From Malacoraja senta (lineage: Eukaryota): 64,000 bases of DNA. The notes below the pieces were generated by a model that was not told the origin of the DNA, searched no databases, and saw nothing but the letters and a program-made list of their open reading frames with translations. The position numbers were made by a program, and so were the translations under genes. The stretch is from assembly GCA_038087875.1 (NCBI GenBank), contig JAXLNO010001373.1, forward strand, positions 124,001 to 188,000, in the 5' to 3' direction. Shown here piece by piece: positions 11,576 through 24,387 of the stretch (position 1 is its first letter; each line of letters starts with the position of its first letter).

Positions 11576-14500
11576 ATGCAAGATGCTAAACAAAAGAACC
11601 TAGGAGGAGTCTCATTCTGTAGTTGGAATATAAGAGGTATTAACGAACCTATTAAAAGGGGTAAGATACTAGCTCAACTGAAACTGTACAGCTCTGACAT
11701 TATTTTCTTACAAGAAACTCATCTAAAATCTCATAATCAAGCTAGGTTGAGGGCGAAATGGATAGGTCAAACATACCATTCTTCATATACTTCGAAATCT
11801 AGAGGTACGTCAATCATTATTAGAAAAGGTATACCATTCAAAGCAAAGAATACCATAACAGATATTGAAGGGAGATATTTAATAGTTAATGGAGAAATTC
11901 ATGACACTCCAATTACTTTGGTAAATATATACACGCCTAACTTTGACAACCCTCATTTTTTCAATAAAATTCTGAACATAATCGCAGAGTTTAATTATCA
12001 AAATGTTATAATAGGAGGAGATTTTAACTGTGTTTTAGATCCGTATTTAGACAAATCAAGCCAAAAACAGAGAGGGAATACGAAATCTAAAACCGGTGAA
12101 CTTTTAAATACCTATATAAACAATCCTAATATAGCAGATGTTTGGAGAACTGTTAATCCAACTGGCAGGGAATACTCGTTTTATTCAATGGTACATAAAA
12201 CATACTCACATATAGTTTATTTCCTGGTGGACACAAAATTAATACCTCACACTTTGAACCCAACATACCATACAAATTCGATTTCAGACCATTCACCACT
12301 AACTTTCTTTTTAAAACTGGAAGGAATGTCTAATAATAAACTGTTTTGGAGATTTAATTCTCAAATCCTAAAAGATCCTCAAGCGAGTATATATTTAAAA
12401 GAACAAATGGACGCCTTTTTTTAAATAAATGACACTCCAGATATATCGCCTACTGTATTATGGGAATCTTTTAAAGCATACATTAGAGGTATTATAATCT
12501 CATATCAAGCTTTTCAAAATAAAAAGAATAAGAATGAACAAAGACGGTTAGAAGAACTTATTAGACAAATGGATATAGATAATGCTAAAGATCCATCAAT
12601 AGATAAACATAATAAAATAATAATTTTGAAATTTAAATTAAATAAACTATTATCAGCCAAACATATAAGACTTTTTCAAATTACAAAACAAGAGCACATT
12701 GAATTTGGGGATAAACCGCATAAATATTTGGCTCGCCAGCTAAAAAAACGAGAAAAAGAACATACGATACCAAAGATAAAATCAGTTAGAGGGGAATTAC
12801 TAACCATGCCGAAGGATATTAATAAAAGATTTGCGCAATTTTATGAGAGTTTGTATACATCTAAAACGACAACTGACTCCAATAAAATTACAGAGTTTTT
12901 GGATAATTGTAATCTTCCAAAGTTAGAGTTGAAGGAACAAGAGGATTTGGGTGCACAAATTTCAATTAATGAATTAGAAGATACAATAAACTCATTAAAG
13001 AATGGAAAAACACCAGGTCCTGATGGATTTACTAATGAATTTTATAAAAGCTTCTATGACAAAATTATACCACGATTACAAAAAATGTACCAATATGCTT
13101 TTAAAAAACAAATATTACCTGATACATTAGCTGAATCAACGATTACACTAATACTTAAAAAAGACAAAGATATAGAAGAACCGGGTTCATATAGAGCTAT
13201 AGCATTGTTAAACACAGATCAACAAAATATTAGCGAAAACATTAGCTAGAAGATTAAGTAAATATATTAGTAAACTAATAAACCCAGATCAGACGGGGTT
13301 TATCCCTAAGAGATATTCATCTAACAATATGAGACGTCTACTCAACATAATGCACTCACATAAATCTGAAGAACAAGAATTATCAATTATTTCGCTGGAC
13401 GCTGAAAAAGCATTTGACCAAGTAGAATGGAATTATATGGAAAAGTATTACAAAAATTCCAACTGGGAGAGAATTTCATTTTATGGATTAAACTATTATA
13501 TAATAAACCTACAGCTAGAATATTAACTGATAACATATTATCCTCGAAATTTCAACTATCAAGGGGAAATAGACAAGGATGCTCATTATCAACACAGTTG
13601 TTTGCTCTTATAATTGAACCGTTAGCAGAAAAAATTAGAACACATCCTGATATCCATGGGTATAATTCTAAATATTCAAATAATAAAATATCTTTATACG
13701 CGGATGATATATTATTATACATTACAAAACCTCAATTCACTATACCAAATATAATAAATTTAATTGAGGACTTTGGATCTTTTTCTGGATACAGAATAAA
13801 TTGGAATAAAAGTGAAATTATGTCAATAAAACCAAAAGACTCCACACATCTTTTAAAATTCCCTTTTAAAATAGCTACAGAAAAATTTAAATACCTGGGA
13901 ATCGAAATCACTAGAACATATCAAGGCATGTTTAAAGCAAATTTTGATCCTTTACTTAATAAACTAAATACACTAATTAAATTTTGGAAAACGTTCCCGA
14001 TGTCCTTAATAGGCCGAATAAATGCAATAAAAATGATCTTCCCACCACAAATTTTATACCTATTTCAATCGATTCCTATATACCTACCAAAGAAGTTTAA
14101 AAAAAAACTGGACTCAGATATTACTAATTTTATATGGGACTATAAATCACATAGAATACAAAGAACACACTTGAACAAAGCTAAAGTATTAGGGGGCTTA
14201 GCACTCCCTAACTTCATGTATTATTATTGGTCAGTAAATATTAAAAATATGATTCAACTGATGGATAACTCTGCCCAGCAAGTGGATTGCATTGTAATGG
14301 AGAGGGAGGACTGCTCCTCTGGAAACATTGGAGCGATCCTCCTCTCACCAATGAAACTGAATAATATAAATTATAATAAGAACCCAATTATACATAGTAC
14401 AATCAGAACTTGGACACAAATAAAACAAAATTTAAAATTAAGAAATGTATCACTTTTATCTCCCATAGTTAATAATCCTTTGTTTAATCCCTCTATTACA

Positions 14501-15352
14501 GACAAATCTTTCACACAATGGGATAGACTAGGAATTAAAATGTTCGGTGACCTGTATGAAACTGGAAAATTACTATAATTCCAACAATTACAAATAAAAT
14601 ATAAACTCGGAAATAATCAATATTTTAAATATTTTCAAATATGTGACTATTTGAAAAAATATACAAAAGATCATTATAATAGCCCAGCAGATGTATTGGA
14701 TGATGCAATGCAGATAAAAGCTGAATCAGCAAACTTAATATCATATTTGTATAGTATTATCTTAAATGTAGAAATACCATCTACAGAAGGTATTAGAAGA
14801 GACTGGGAACAAGAATTAGCTATTAAAATCTCAAAGGAAAGGTGGAATGAACACTTATTAAACGTGCATAAATGTTTGATTAATGTAGGACACACTTTAA
14901 TACAATTTAAAATTTTACATAGATTATATTATTCCAAAATTTTCCCAAATGTATCATCCATTTGTGATAAATGTCAATCTCAAGAAGCTACTATAGCGCA
15001 CTCATTTGTTTTCTGTACAAAAATTCAAAAATCTTGGATTGAAATTTTTGAAATCTTTACAAAATTATTAAAAATAAAACTGATACCCAAAGCAGAATGG
15101 ATTATCTTCGGAACAACGGAAGATAGTCCAGAATTAAATGTGTTCCAAAAGAAATTAATAGACTATGGGTTAATAACTGGAAAAAAGTTAATCCTAAAAT
15201 TCTGGAAAAACGCTCCAATACCAACTATAAACATGTGGATTTCAAATATGTTCGAAACATTACACCTAGAAGAGATAAGACTCCTCCTGGCAGGTAAACC
15301 AGATCACTTCCACCTGACGTGGTCTGCATTTATAGAATTATTACAAATATAG
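11576..15352 (+). pseudogene. L1 ORF2 (EN-RT-zinc knuckle), several stops and frameshifts
   Basis: SWNIRG, GGDFN, SDHSP, PGPDGF, LDAEKAFD, LYADD and CDKC motifs. Confidence 0.9.
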
Positions 15353-16957
15353 GGTGCAAAAGTACCTTAAAAAAAACAACTGAGGTCAGGTAAGGGGGGA
15401 TGAAAGTTGGAGAGTTGGTATGTCCCATTTGCGTGATGCTTACAAAAACTATTTGTTTTTCTCTTTTCCCTCTTTCTCTCTTCTTCTTTTCTAGGGTCTA
15501 TTTCTTAACTCTTTTTCTTTTGTTTTTTATTTTGTTCTTATAGGGTCTTCGTTCTTTCTTGTTGTCACGTTTTTTTACACTTTCACCTTTTCCTTCACTT
15601 TCTTCTTTCTCTCAATCTCATCCTTTCCCTTTATTAGTTTAAAAACAAACGGAGTACATTAATTGTAATAAGATATATGTGACGAGTACTAATGTAATTA
15701 ATTGTAATGTAATGTACTTCTAATAAAAAAAATTTTTAATTAAAAAAAAGAACAACAGAAGATAACTAAAAAGACAATACGGGGAGAAAAGATGAGGTAC
15801 GAAGGTAAGCTAGCCAAGAATATAATGCAGGATAGTAAAAGCTTATTTAGGTATGTGAAGAGGAAAGAATTAGTTAAGACAAAATTTGGTCCCTTGAAGA
15901 CTGAAAAAGGTGAATTTATTATGGGGAAGAAGGAAATGGCAGATGAGTTGAACAGGTACTTTGGATCTGTCTTCACTAAGGAGGACACAAACAATCTTCC
16001 TGATATAGTAGTGGCCAGAGGATCTGGGGTGACAGAGGAACTGAAGGAAATCCACATTAGGCAGGAAATGGTGTTGGATAGACTGATGGGACTGAAGGCA
16101 GTTAAATCCCCAGGGCCTGATGGTCTGTATCCCAGGGTACTTAAGGAAGTGGCTCTAGAAATCGTGGATGCATTGGTGATAATTTTCCAATGTTCTATAG
16201 GCTCAGGATCAGTTCCTGTGGATTGGAGGGTAGCTAATATTTTTCCACTTTTGAAGAAAGGCGGGAGAGAGAAAACGGGGAATTATAGACCAGTTAGCCT
16301 GACATCGGTGGTGGGGAAGATGCTGGAGTCAATTATAAAAGATGAGATAGCCGAACATTTGGATGGCAGTAACAGGGTCGGTCCGATTCAGCATGGATTT
16401 ACGAAGGGGAAATCATGCTTGACTAATCTTCTGGAATTTTTTGAAGATGTAACTTGGAAAATGGACAAGGGAGAGCCAGTGGATGTAGTGTACCTGGACT
16501 TTCAGAAAGCATTTGATAAGGTCCCACATAGGAGATTAGTGGGCAAACTTAGGGCACATGGTATTGGGGGTAGAGTGCTGACATGGATAGAGAAGTGGTT
16601 GGCAGACAGGAAACAAAGAGTAGGGATTAACGGGTCCCTTTCAGAATGGCAGGCAGTGACTAGTGGTGTACTGCAAGGCTCGGTGCTGGGACCGCAGCTA
16701 TTTACAATATATATCAATGATTTGGATGAAGGGATTCAAAGTAACAATAGCAAATTTGCAGATGACACAAAGCTGGGTGGCAGTGTGAACTGTGAGGAGG
16801 ATGCTATGAGAATGCAGGGTGACTTGGACAGGTTGGGGGAGTTGGCAGATGCACCTTACTAAACAGTGCATTCATTGCCATCTCTTTGTATACTGCTGTT
16901 TGAACGGCTGCTTCCTGCTTTTAGCACCAGATGATGATGTAGAATCCATTTTGGAAG

Positions 16958-17245
16958 TCTCCCTCTCCCTCCCTCGCTCCCTCTCTCTCCCTCCTTCCTC
17001 TCCCTCCTTCCTCTCTCTCCCTCTCCCTCCCTCCCCCTCCCTCTCCACCCCTCCCTCTCTCCCTCCCGCCTTCCCTCTCTCCCTCCCTCTCTCCCTCTCT
17101 ATCTCTCCTTCCTTTTTTTCCCTCCCTCTCTTATTCCCTCCCTCATTCTCTCTCTCCTTCTCCCTCTCCCCCTCCCCTCTGCATCCTCTACCTCTCTTCA
17201 CCCCTCCCTCTCTCCCTCTCTCCACCTCTCCCTCTCTCCCCCTTG
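16958..17245. repeat. CT-rich low-complexity tract
   Basis: ctccct/ctctct repeats. Confidence 0.9.
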
Positions 17246-17399
17246 AGCCCACCCGCCGTTCTGTAAAATCAAGGCCAATCCCAATGTAACTGCAATCCCA
17301 CTGGTAACCTTTCACCACTAGGCTTATCCAGAATTCTACCACTGCCTGAAAAAGAATCAAAGGCTCAAAGAGAATTCCAAAGACTCATTGTTATACGAG

Positions 17400-17758
17400 A
17401 ATTTTCCTGAACAGTCTGTGACCCATAGCGCTGTGGCCATAGTAAAGCCCGTAGCGCTATGTTTAAAGCCCATAGCACTCCAGCCGACAGCACTATATTT
17501 GGAACCCACAGCGCGCAGTCGACAGCTCTTCGTTTAAATTCCCACGTGTTAAACTGATAGCACTCTGTGTAAACCTGGAGCAGAACAGGCAGCGACTCTG
17601 GAGAGAAGGAATGGGTGACGTTTCTGGTCGAGACCCTTCTTCAGACTGAACTGAACTCCGTATTTAAAATCCGTATTTAACAACACAAAATCGTACATCA
17701 GTATTCTTATCGCATTTCTGTACAAAATACGGAAAATCCGTACTACTTGGCAGCTCTG
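17400..17758 (-). mobile_element. Possible hAT-like DNA transposon end fragment
   Basis: Minus-strand CAGAGCTGCCAA terminus with tacgg subterminal repeats. The partner end was not found. Confidence 0.3.
17614..17648 (-). ncRNA. Hammerhead-ribozyme-like motif of a Penelope terminal repeat
   Basis: AGU-CUGAAGA-A-GGGUC-UC-GACCA-GAAAC-GUC-ACC, with one mismatch at the base of stem II. Confidence 0.5.
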
Positions 17759-17899
17759 TTAATGCTACCCACCAGAGCTATCTCCTGGCCCTTTTTGTCC
17801 TTCTGATTTCCATTTTTTGTTTACTACTTAGTTCCCGAAACTCCGCCAGGGATGCACTTGATCCCAGTTGCCTAAACCTGTCCCATGCTTCAATCTTGT

Positions 17900-18680
17900 T
17901 TTTAACTAACGTCTCAATTTCCCTCGTCAGTTAAGCTTCCTTACGTTTGCCTGTCACTCCACTTGGCCGATGTTCCTTTTCCCTCAAATAACCTACTCCA
18001 GTCAACTTTAGCGAGACCTTCTCTCATACCCTCAAAGTTGGCCTTACCCCAGTTGAGCATTTTAACACGTGGACCCTCCCCGTCCCTATCCATAACTATC
18101 TTAAACATAATCGAACTCTGGTCCAAAAGGCTCCTCCACACGCACTTCATTAACTTGCCCTTCCCATTTTCCCAATACTAGATCCAGCTTTTCCCTCTCA
18201 TGTCTGGGGGCCTCCACATGCTGCTTAAGAAAACTCTGCTGAACACTTTTGATGAATTGCACCCCGTCCAAACACTTCACGCTATGATTTTCCCAGTCTA
18301 TCTTGGGAAAGTTAAAATCCCCTACTACAACAACCTTATTTGACCTGCAGCTGTCTGCAATCTCCTGGCACATTTCTTCTTCTAATTCCCATTGACTATT
18401 TGGGGGTCTGTAGCACACCCCCAACAAGGTAACCATCCCTTTCTTGTTCCTCAGCTCCACCCATATAGCCTCACTAGACGAACCGTCCGTAATGTCACCT
18501 CCGAACACAGCCGTGACATCCTCCTTAACCAACAATGCAACCTCCATCCTCTTTTTCTCTCAGCCCTGTCTCTCCTGAAGCTCCTGTACCCCAGAACATT
18601 GAGCTGCCAGTCCTGCCCCTCCCTTAACCAGGTTTCAGTCATGGCTACAACGTCCCAGTCACTCATATCCATGCCCATGT
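17900..18680 (-). mobile_element. CR1 endonuclease fragment
   Basis: VAMTETWL, YRPPNS and VGDFNFP motifs. Confidence 0.85.
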
Positions 18681-19545
18681 GAGACAAAATGATTGAAGTT
18701 ATGAAGCCAGAGGAAGGAATGTAGATGGAGGGGGAGGGGAGAAATATGTGCGAGTCCAGGTGGGGCACAGAGGAGGGGAGAGGGGAGGGTGGGAAGGAAG
18801 AAAGGGGGATGTGAGGGATAAAGGGAGCAGAGTGCTTCATTAGATCATAAAACAGTATAGTCAGGAAGTATAGAACCGGCCCTTTGCAAAATTAAACTAA
18901 CCTTCTCTACCTACATGTGAAACATATCCCAAACTAAAAGCCTCTAAAGTCTCTTAAACACCACTATTATATTTGCCTCCACCATTATCCCTGGCATGAC
19001 ATCCTGACTTTTACACTCAATGCTGCTACCAATCAAGGAACATTAACAGTTACTAGAAGGTGTAGTGGTGTAACAGCAAAGAGGGTGGGGGATGAGCGAG
19101 TTCAATAGGAAATTATTTAATTAATTGTTGTCCCTGGAAGGTTATAATGTTGAAGGATGGGGCGCTGTTCGGTGAGCACAAGATGGTGGGGTCAGATTCA
19201 GGCTAACTCACTAAGGTAAAGTGTGACTGTAAGCTTGGAGTTAGGAGCCGGGGCAGAAAAGTGATGCTCCACAAATAGCCATCAGATGTGTATTTGTCTG
19301 TCTAATTCGTTAGAAAGCATAAATAAATACATGCAAATGGATCGGTATGGGCAAGTTGGGCCAAAGGGCCTGTTTTCACGCTGTATGACTATGAAAACTA
19401 CAAGATTCAATACTTTTAATGTTTTTAACATTGTAAATATTGTAAACTGACATAAAAATGAACGCGCAAAACCGCTATCCCACCCCTGGCATGCTCTATA
19501 TTTTCACTAACAGAGATCATTTAGTTTTGTGTAAACTGAACTTAC

Positions 19546-19890
19546 TAGTGACAATGAGCTGGGTTCCATTCCCTCTGATATCTCCCCACACTGTGCAGTA
19601 ATAGACGGCAGAGTCATTGAGCATCACGTTTGTGACCGTCAGGATGAAGCTGCTGTTGGAGGTGTTTTTGAATGGCTGGAACCGCTCAGTGAAGCCTGGT
19701 CTCCTTCGTACGCTGCCTCCTGCCTCGTGTGTTAAAACCCACTCCATGTCCTGCCCGGGTAGTTCTCGGTACCAGTGGACGTCAGTGTTTCCCACTTCAG
19801 CGTTCTCCATGGAGCACCAGAACCGTGCCGTGTCATCCTCAGTGACACGCTCCAGCCTCGGGAATTGGATCAGGATCGGAGGATTTGCAT
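19546..19890 (-). CDS. Ig VJ-type domain exon V4 (intact)
   Basis: 345 nt, acceptor ttttcccattaaag, donor A|gtaagt, phase 1-1. It has Cys-Trp-DxAxYYC and ends TVWGDIRGNGTQLIVT. Confidence 0.92.
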
Positions 19891-21937
19891 CTTTAATGGG
19901 AAAATACGTCTTCTTAAAAAAAAACACTCAGCACAACCATGCTTAAAGAGTGCACAGAATCTAACACTAAATTTATAGAATTGTTTTAGTCATTCTATGG
20001 GGTGGGAGATTGCAACCTTCACGTGGTCCACCCTGTTTCGACTAATGCAATCAACCCAACGTGCACAAACAAATAGATGTAGTGTTTTGTTAGGCTGTGC
20101 ATGGTGTATGCAAGAAGAAGTCATTCTATAGCACGCAATATGGAATCCTTTTGATTCGGGCTATAGATGTGTACAGCACAGGAATGGGCTCTTGTGATAC
20201 TTAAAACCAGAACAATGTTGCTGAGTTCAGTGATCCTGCAATATTATATAACCTGTGCATGGGGCCTAACAAAGTTCTGAATGAGTTTGTGGAGGGGTTT
20301 GCTCGTGCTACTCAAGAGAGTTTAAACTAATGAGACATGGGGTTGGGACCTAGAATGAAAGAGGACTCATATGTAGAAAATAGAACAGGCAAGTCCAGTG
20401 AAAGCATTGGCAGAGATGGGAGGGGGAGCTTGAGAGGACCGGTAGGTTTAACTGCATTTACTTTAAAGCAAGAAGCACAGCAAGTGAGACGGATGAGTTG
20501 AGAGTGTAGATCAGCACACAAGATTATGAGGGGAAGTGTGGATGAGGGAAGAGCTGTAATCTATTATTAATTATTTTAAGGAAGTGGGGCATTTGGAATA
20601 TATCAGGACTGGGTAGAGTCAAAAGGTTTTTGTAAAGGAAATCATATTCCACAAATCAGCACATTTTTTGAGATTGTAGTTGGCAGCATAGATAAGGGAG
20701 AACTAGCTGATGTGAATTTGGACTTTCAGAAGGCACTGAACAAGCTACAAAGAACGTGCAGATTAAAAAATCCTCTCACGCATACTTGTCTTTCCACTCG
20801 CTAGTCATTACACACCCCTAGCCCCTCTGGGTACCTATATCTGCCACATCACCTCCCCCTTCCAGTTCCAATCTGCCTCACCATCCGCCCTCGGGTTCTA
20901 CATCTTATTTCACACCTTTTTCTTACCAGAATTCATTATTTGTTATCTTTTGTCTTCTCCGCTTATCACCTCTTCGTTAATATCTTCCCCTATTCCTCGT
21001 GCACCTCATTCATCTGACAATCAACCCTTCCATATACGAGTCTACCTGTCACTTGCAAGCTCTTGCTCCACCCCTACTCCCTCACCTCTTTCCACCAGCT
21101 CTCCTGCTCCATCAGTCTGAAGAGGTCTTGACCCGAAACACTGTCTGTCCATTTACCTTCACAGATGTTGGCTGACCTGCTGAGTTCCTCTGGAACTAAT
21201 ATCTACATTGGAGATCCTTGGACTATCTTTGATCGGACTTCACTGGGTTTATCTAGCATTAAATGTTAGTTACGTTATTCCCTTTATCGTGTATCTGTGG
21301 ATGGCTCAATTGTAATTATGTATTATCTTTCCGCTGACTGGTTAGCCCGCAAAAGCTTTTTACTGTAGTTCGGTACATGTGACAATAAATTAAACTCAAA
21401 CTCATAACCTTAAGCTTGGCTTTTTCTTAAGAATTTGATAATATTTCTTCTTCCATTGGTTTTTATGAGCTAATCTATTCCTTTTAACAACATATGAAGT
21501 TATCCTCATTCTCTCCTTACTCTGATTTGTTTCAGGAGGGATATGGGCCAAACGCAGGCAGGTGGGACTAGTGTAGCTGGGACATGTTGGCCTGTGTGGG
21601 CAAGTTGGGCAGAAGAGCATGTTTCCACGCTGTATGACTATTTGACTTTATGCTATTAGTTGGTAATATCTTCCATCTCTGACAACTCAAACCCAAAGGG
21701 TTGTTCATCCACAAACCATTTGCGGAGACTTTTGACACTTTTGATTTTTGTTTCCTTGTACTCGTCCTTTCACACAATTATCTATTTCCTAGCTGTTGCA
21801 CTTTACACGCCAAGGATAACTTCCCCACTCTCTGTTTTACTGGGAGTGGTACAGAATTCCCATGTGTCGGTGAGTCATTGCATGAAGGTTGAAGTGCGAG
21901 CTGCTGTTATAGTCTGTGCAGGCAAACAATGACTTAC

Positions 21938-22285
21938 CAGTTACGTTGAGCTGGGACCCTGCTCCATAGATGTAACTCCACACACTGCAGTTGTAGACAG
22001 CAGTATCATTGATGGAGACATTGGCGATTGTCAGAATGTAATTGTTGCTCATGGCATTCCTGAAAGACTTAAAGCGGTCAGAGATACAGCCGGACCTGGT
22101 GACGTTGCCATCCACAAAGTGGCTCATTACCCACTCGCTGTTTTTCCCAGGTCGCTGCTGGTTCCAGTGGACGTCAGTGTCATTCACACCGGCATTGTGC
22201 AAGGCACATTGCAACTGCACAGTTACACCTTCTGCCACCTTGCTGACTGACGGAGACTGGATAAGGACCGGATCATCCAGGGGAT
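21938..22285 (-). CDS. Ig VJ-type domain exon V3 (intact)
   Basis: 348 nt, acceptor tattcacacag, donor G|gtaagt. Sequence: PVLIQSP..VQLQC..DVHWNQQRPG..DTAVYNCSVWSYIYGAGSQLNVT. Confidence 0.92.
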
Positions 22286-22899
22286 CTGTGTGAATACACA
22301 TAGAGCTCAATGGAAGGCATCATATTTCTCCAGCATTTAGTGTGTAACAGTTTCTAAAATTTGAATACGATCACATACTTCCCAGGGAGGCTCAGGATAA
22401 TTGAAGAGTAAGATTATCGAGGATGTCAGATTTATCCATGTTCTCCGGACTTGCTGGCTGACCTTTTAAGTTACTCCAACAACTTGTGCCTTTTGTTTTT
22501 TAATATATTATTTGCCTTCCAAACTGCCCATTCTATCTACATGTTGACTTTAAGTTATTTTGTGTATGAGAACACCCAGATTCTTCTGACCTTACAGTTT
22601 CAAAACATTGCTTTGAATGAAGATATAGCCCATCTGGCTTGTCCTGCTCTTTATACTTGTCTGTGCCCCTTGCAGCCTCTCACATGTTGCATCGCCTACC
22701 AACTAACCTGGATATGTTATACTTGGTCTCCTCATCCTCGATTGTGAACAGTGAGGGTCCCAGCACCAAACCCTGCACCACCTCTCACTAGTCACAGCCT
22801 CTCAGTTTGAATACCTACCTGCTGTTCATTCAAGTTACTCCAGGAGATTCTACCCTACTTTGCTAGTTACAAACATCTAACAATGTGAGCTTTAAAAGA

Positions 22900-23665
22900 T
22901 TTCTCACCCATGATGTCCATTTCATACATCCACGTTGACTCTGTTCTTACACCTACCCTATTCTTCTGCCTTTGTGTCGGATTCTTATCTTTCCTTAACT
23001 GCCGATGGTGCAACAAGTTATCTACTTCACTGGAACATGGACATTATATTGAGGGGGAATTTCAACCGTGTTTCACACTATTTAACATGGATTAGGGGCC
23101 CGCATCAACACAATGAAGATGAGCAAAGACTCAGATCCAGACAACAATGAACTGTCAGCCTGAGGGAGAGCATGAACACATGTTATCAACGTGTAACCTG
23201 TTTCTTCTCAGCCTGTCCCAGAGGCCTGGCCTTGGCTACAGTGACTACATTGTTGTTGTTGCCTCTGCCTCCTGGTTGAAAACAAGCCAGGAGGCTCGTC
23301 GGTCGGCGGGACAGGGAACCCGTCAAAAGGCTCATCGGTTGGCATGACCAGGAGAGAGCAGGAGACGTCAGACACAAGGAGCAAGGGCCGGTGCGAGGTT
23401 GAACCAGGGAAATGCCTCCAGCGCCTCCAGGTAGTCTGCTGGAGGCACCCCCGGGACACAAAGATGGCTGGGCGAGGAGAGGAGAGGGACGTTGGTTCAT
23501 GGGAACTACTCCAGTACATCGAGCTGTGGGCTGACCGGACGTTGCACTTTGAATGAAGGCGCTAAAACATGGTGGCACAAGCATGTGTAATATGCAAAAA
23601 GAATTTCACTGCACAGTTGCACGTGTGACAAATAAAGAACTATTGAACCATTGAACCATTGAAAT
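22900..23665 (+). mobile_element. Degenerate LINE 3' fragment (Rex1/L2-like)
   Basis: Ends gaatttcactgcacagttgcacgtgtgacaaataaa plus a (ccattgaa)n tail. Confidence 0.4.
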
Positions 23666-24042
23666 AAGGAGGCAGCATTGGTTCATCTAAAGCCATGACA
23701 AGTTGTCGTTCTGCTCTCCTGTACCTTAACTCAAACAGCTGTGAGCAGTGCCCTGCTATTACACTGAGCACTGAACAATGTTTCTAGTTTTCTCTACAAT
23801 GAAGAACACACTGCACATTGAAATTTATTTCCCACAACCCAGAACTCACATACAGATCAGTTACCATATCAGTGCTCACACCATTAGTGAGGGGCCACAA
23901 TGTTTTGGTCTCCAGAATCAGGGCTCCAGTATGATCTCCTTACTCTCTCAGTACTCCCGGTACATGTGCCTAATCAAGGGAAGTGAATTACACCCAATAT
24001 AGTTACACATAGGTGAATAAAACCAAGTTAATTTGTACTCAC

Positions 24043-24387
24043 TGGTTACGTTGAGCTGGGTTCCATTCCCTCTGATATCTCCCCACACTGTGCAGTAATA
24101 GACGGCAGAGTCATTGAGCATCACGTTTGTGACCTTCAGGATGAAGCTGCTGTTGGAGGCGTCTTTGAACGGCTGGAACCGCTCAGTGAAGCCTGGTCTC
24201 CTTCGTACGCTGCCTCCTGCCTCGTGTGTTAAAACCCACGTCATGCCCTGCCCGGGTAGTTCACGGTACCAGTGGACATCAGTTTTTTCCACTTCAGCGT
24301 TCTCCATGGAGCACCAGAACCGTGCCATGTGACCCTCAGTGACACGCTCCAGCCTCGGGAATTGGATCAGGATTGGAGGATTTGCAA
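24043..24387 (-). CDS. Ig VJ-type domain exon V2 (intact)
   Basis: 345 nt, acceptor ttttccctttcaag, donor A|gtgagt. The protein is nearly identical to V4. Confidence 0.92.

Larger units (their letters stand above)
9433..15746 (+). mobile_element. Full-length L1-clade LINE (about 6.3 kb), inactivated
   Basis: 16-bp TSD aaagaacaacagaaga (9417-9432 and 15747-15762), 5' ggacttccggtggcgcc, ORF1 and ORF2, polyA. Confidence 0.95.
9190..16855 (+). mobile_element. CR1 LINE fragment split by the L1 insertion (9190-9432 and 15747-16855)
   Basis: RT ORF 15792-16862 has YLDFQKAFDKVPH, QGSVLGP and KFADDTKL. The reading frame continues across the L1 TSD. Confidence 0.9.

Noticed and set aside
16872-17360. 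Glu/Arg/Gly-rich ORF
   Set aside because: Mostly the CT low-complexity tract.
23880-23972. Possible secreted-tail exon after V2 (GTCTGSTERVRRS..)
   Set aside because: Only an acceptor-like site and a short open frame; no independent support.
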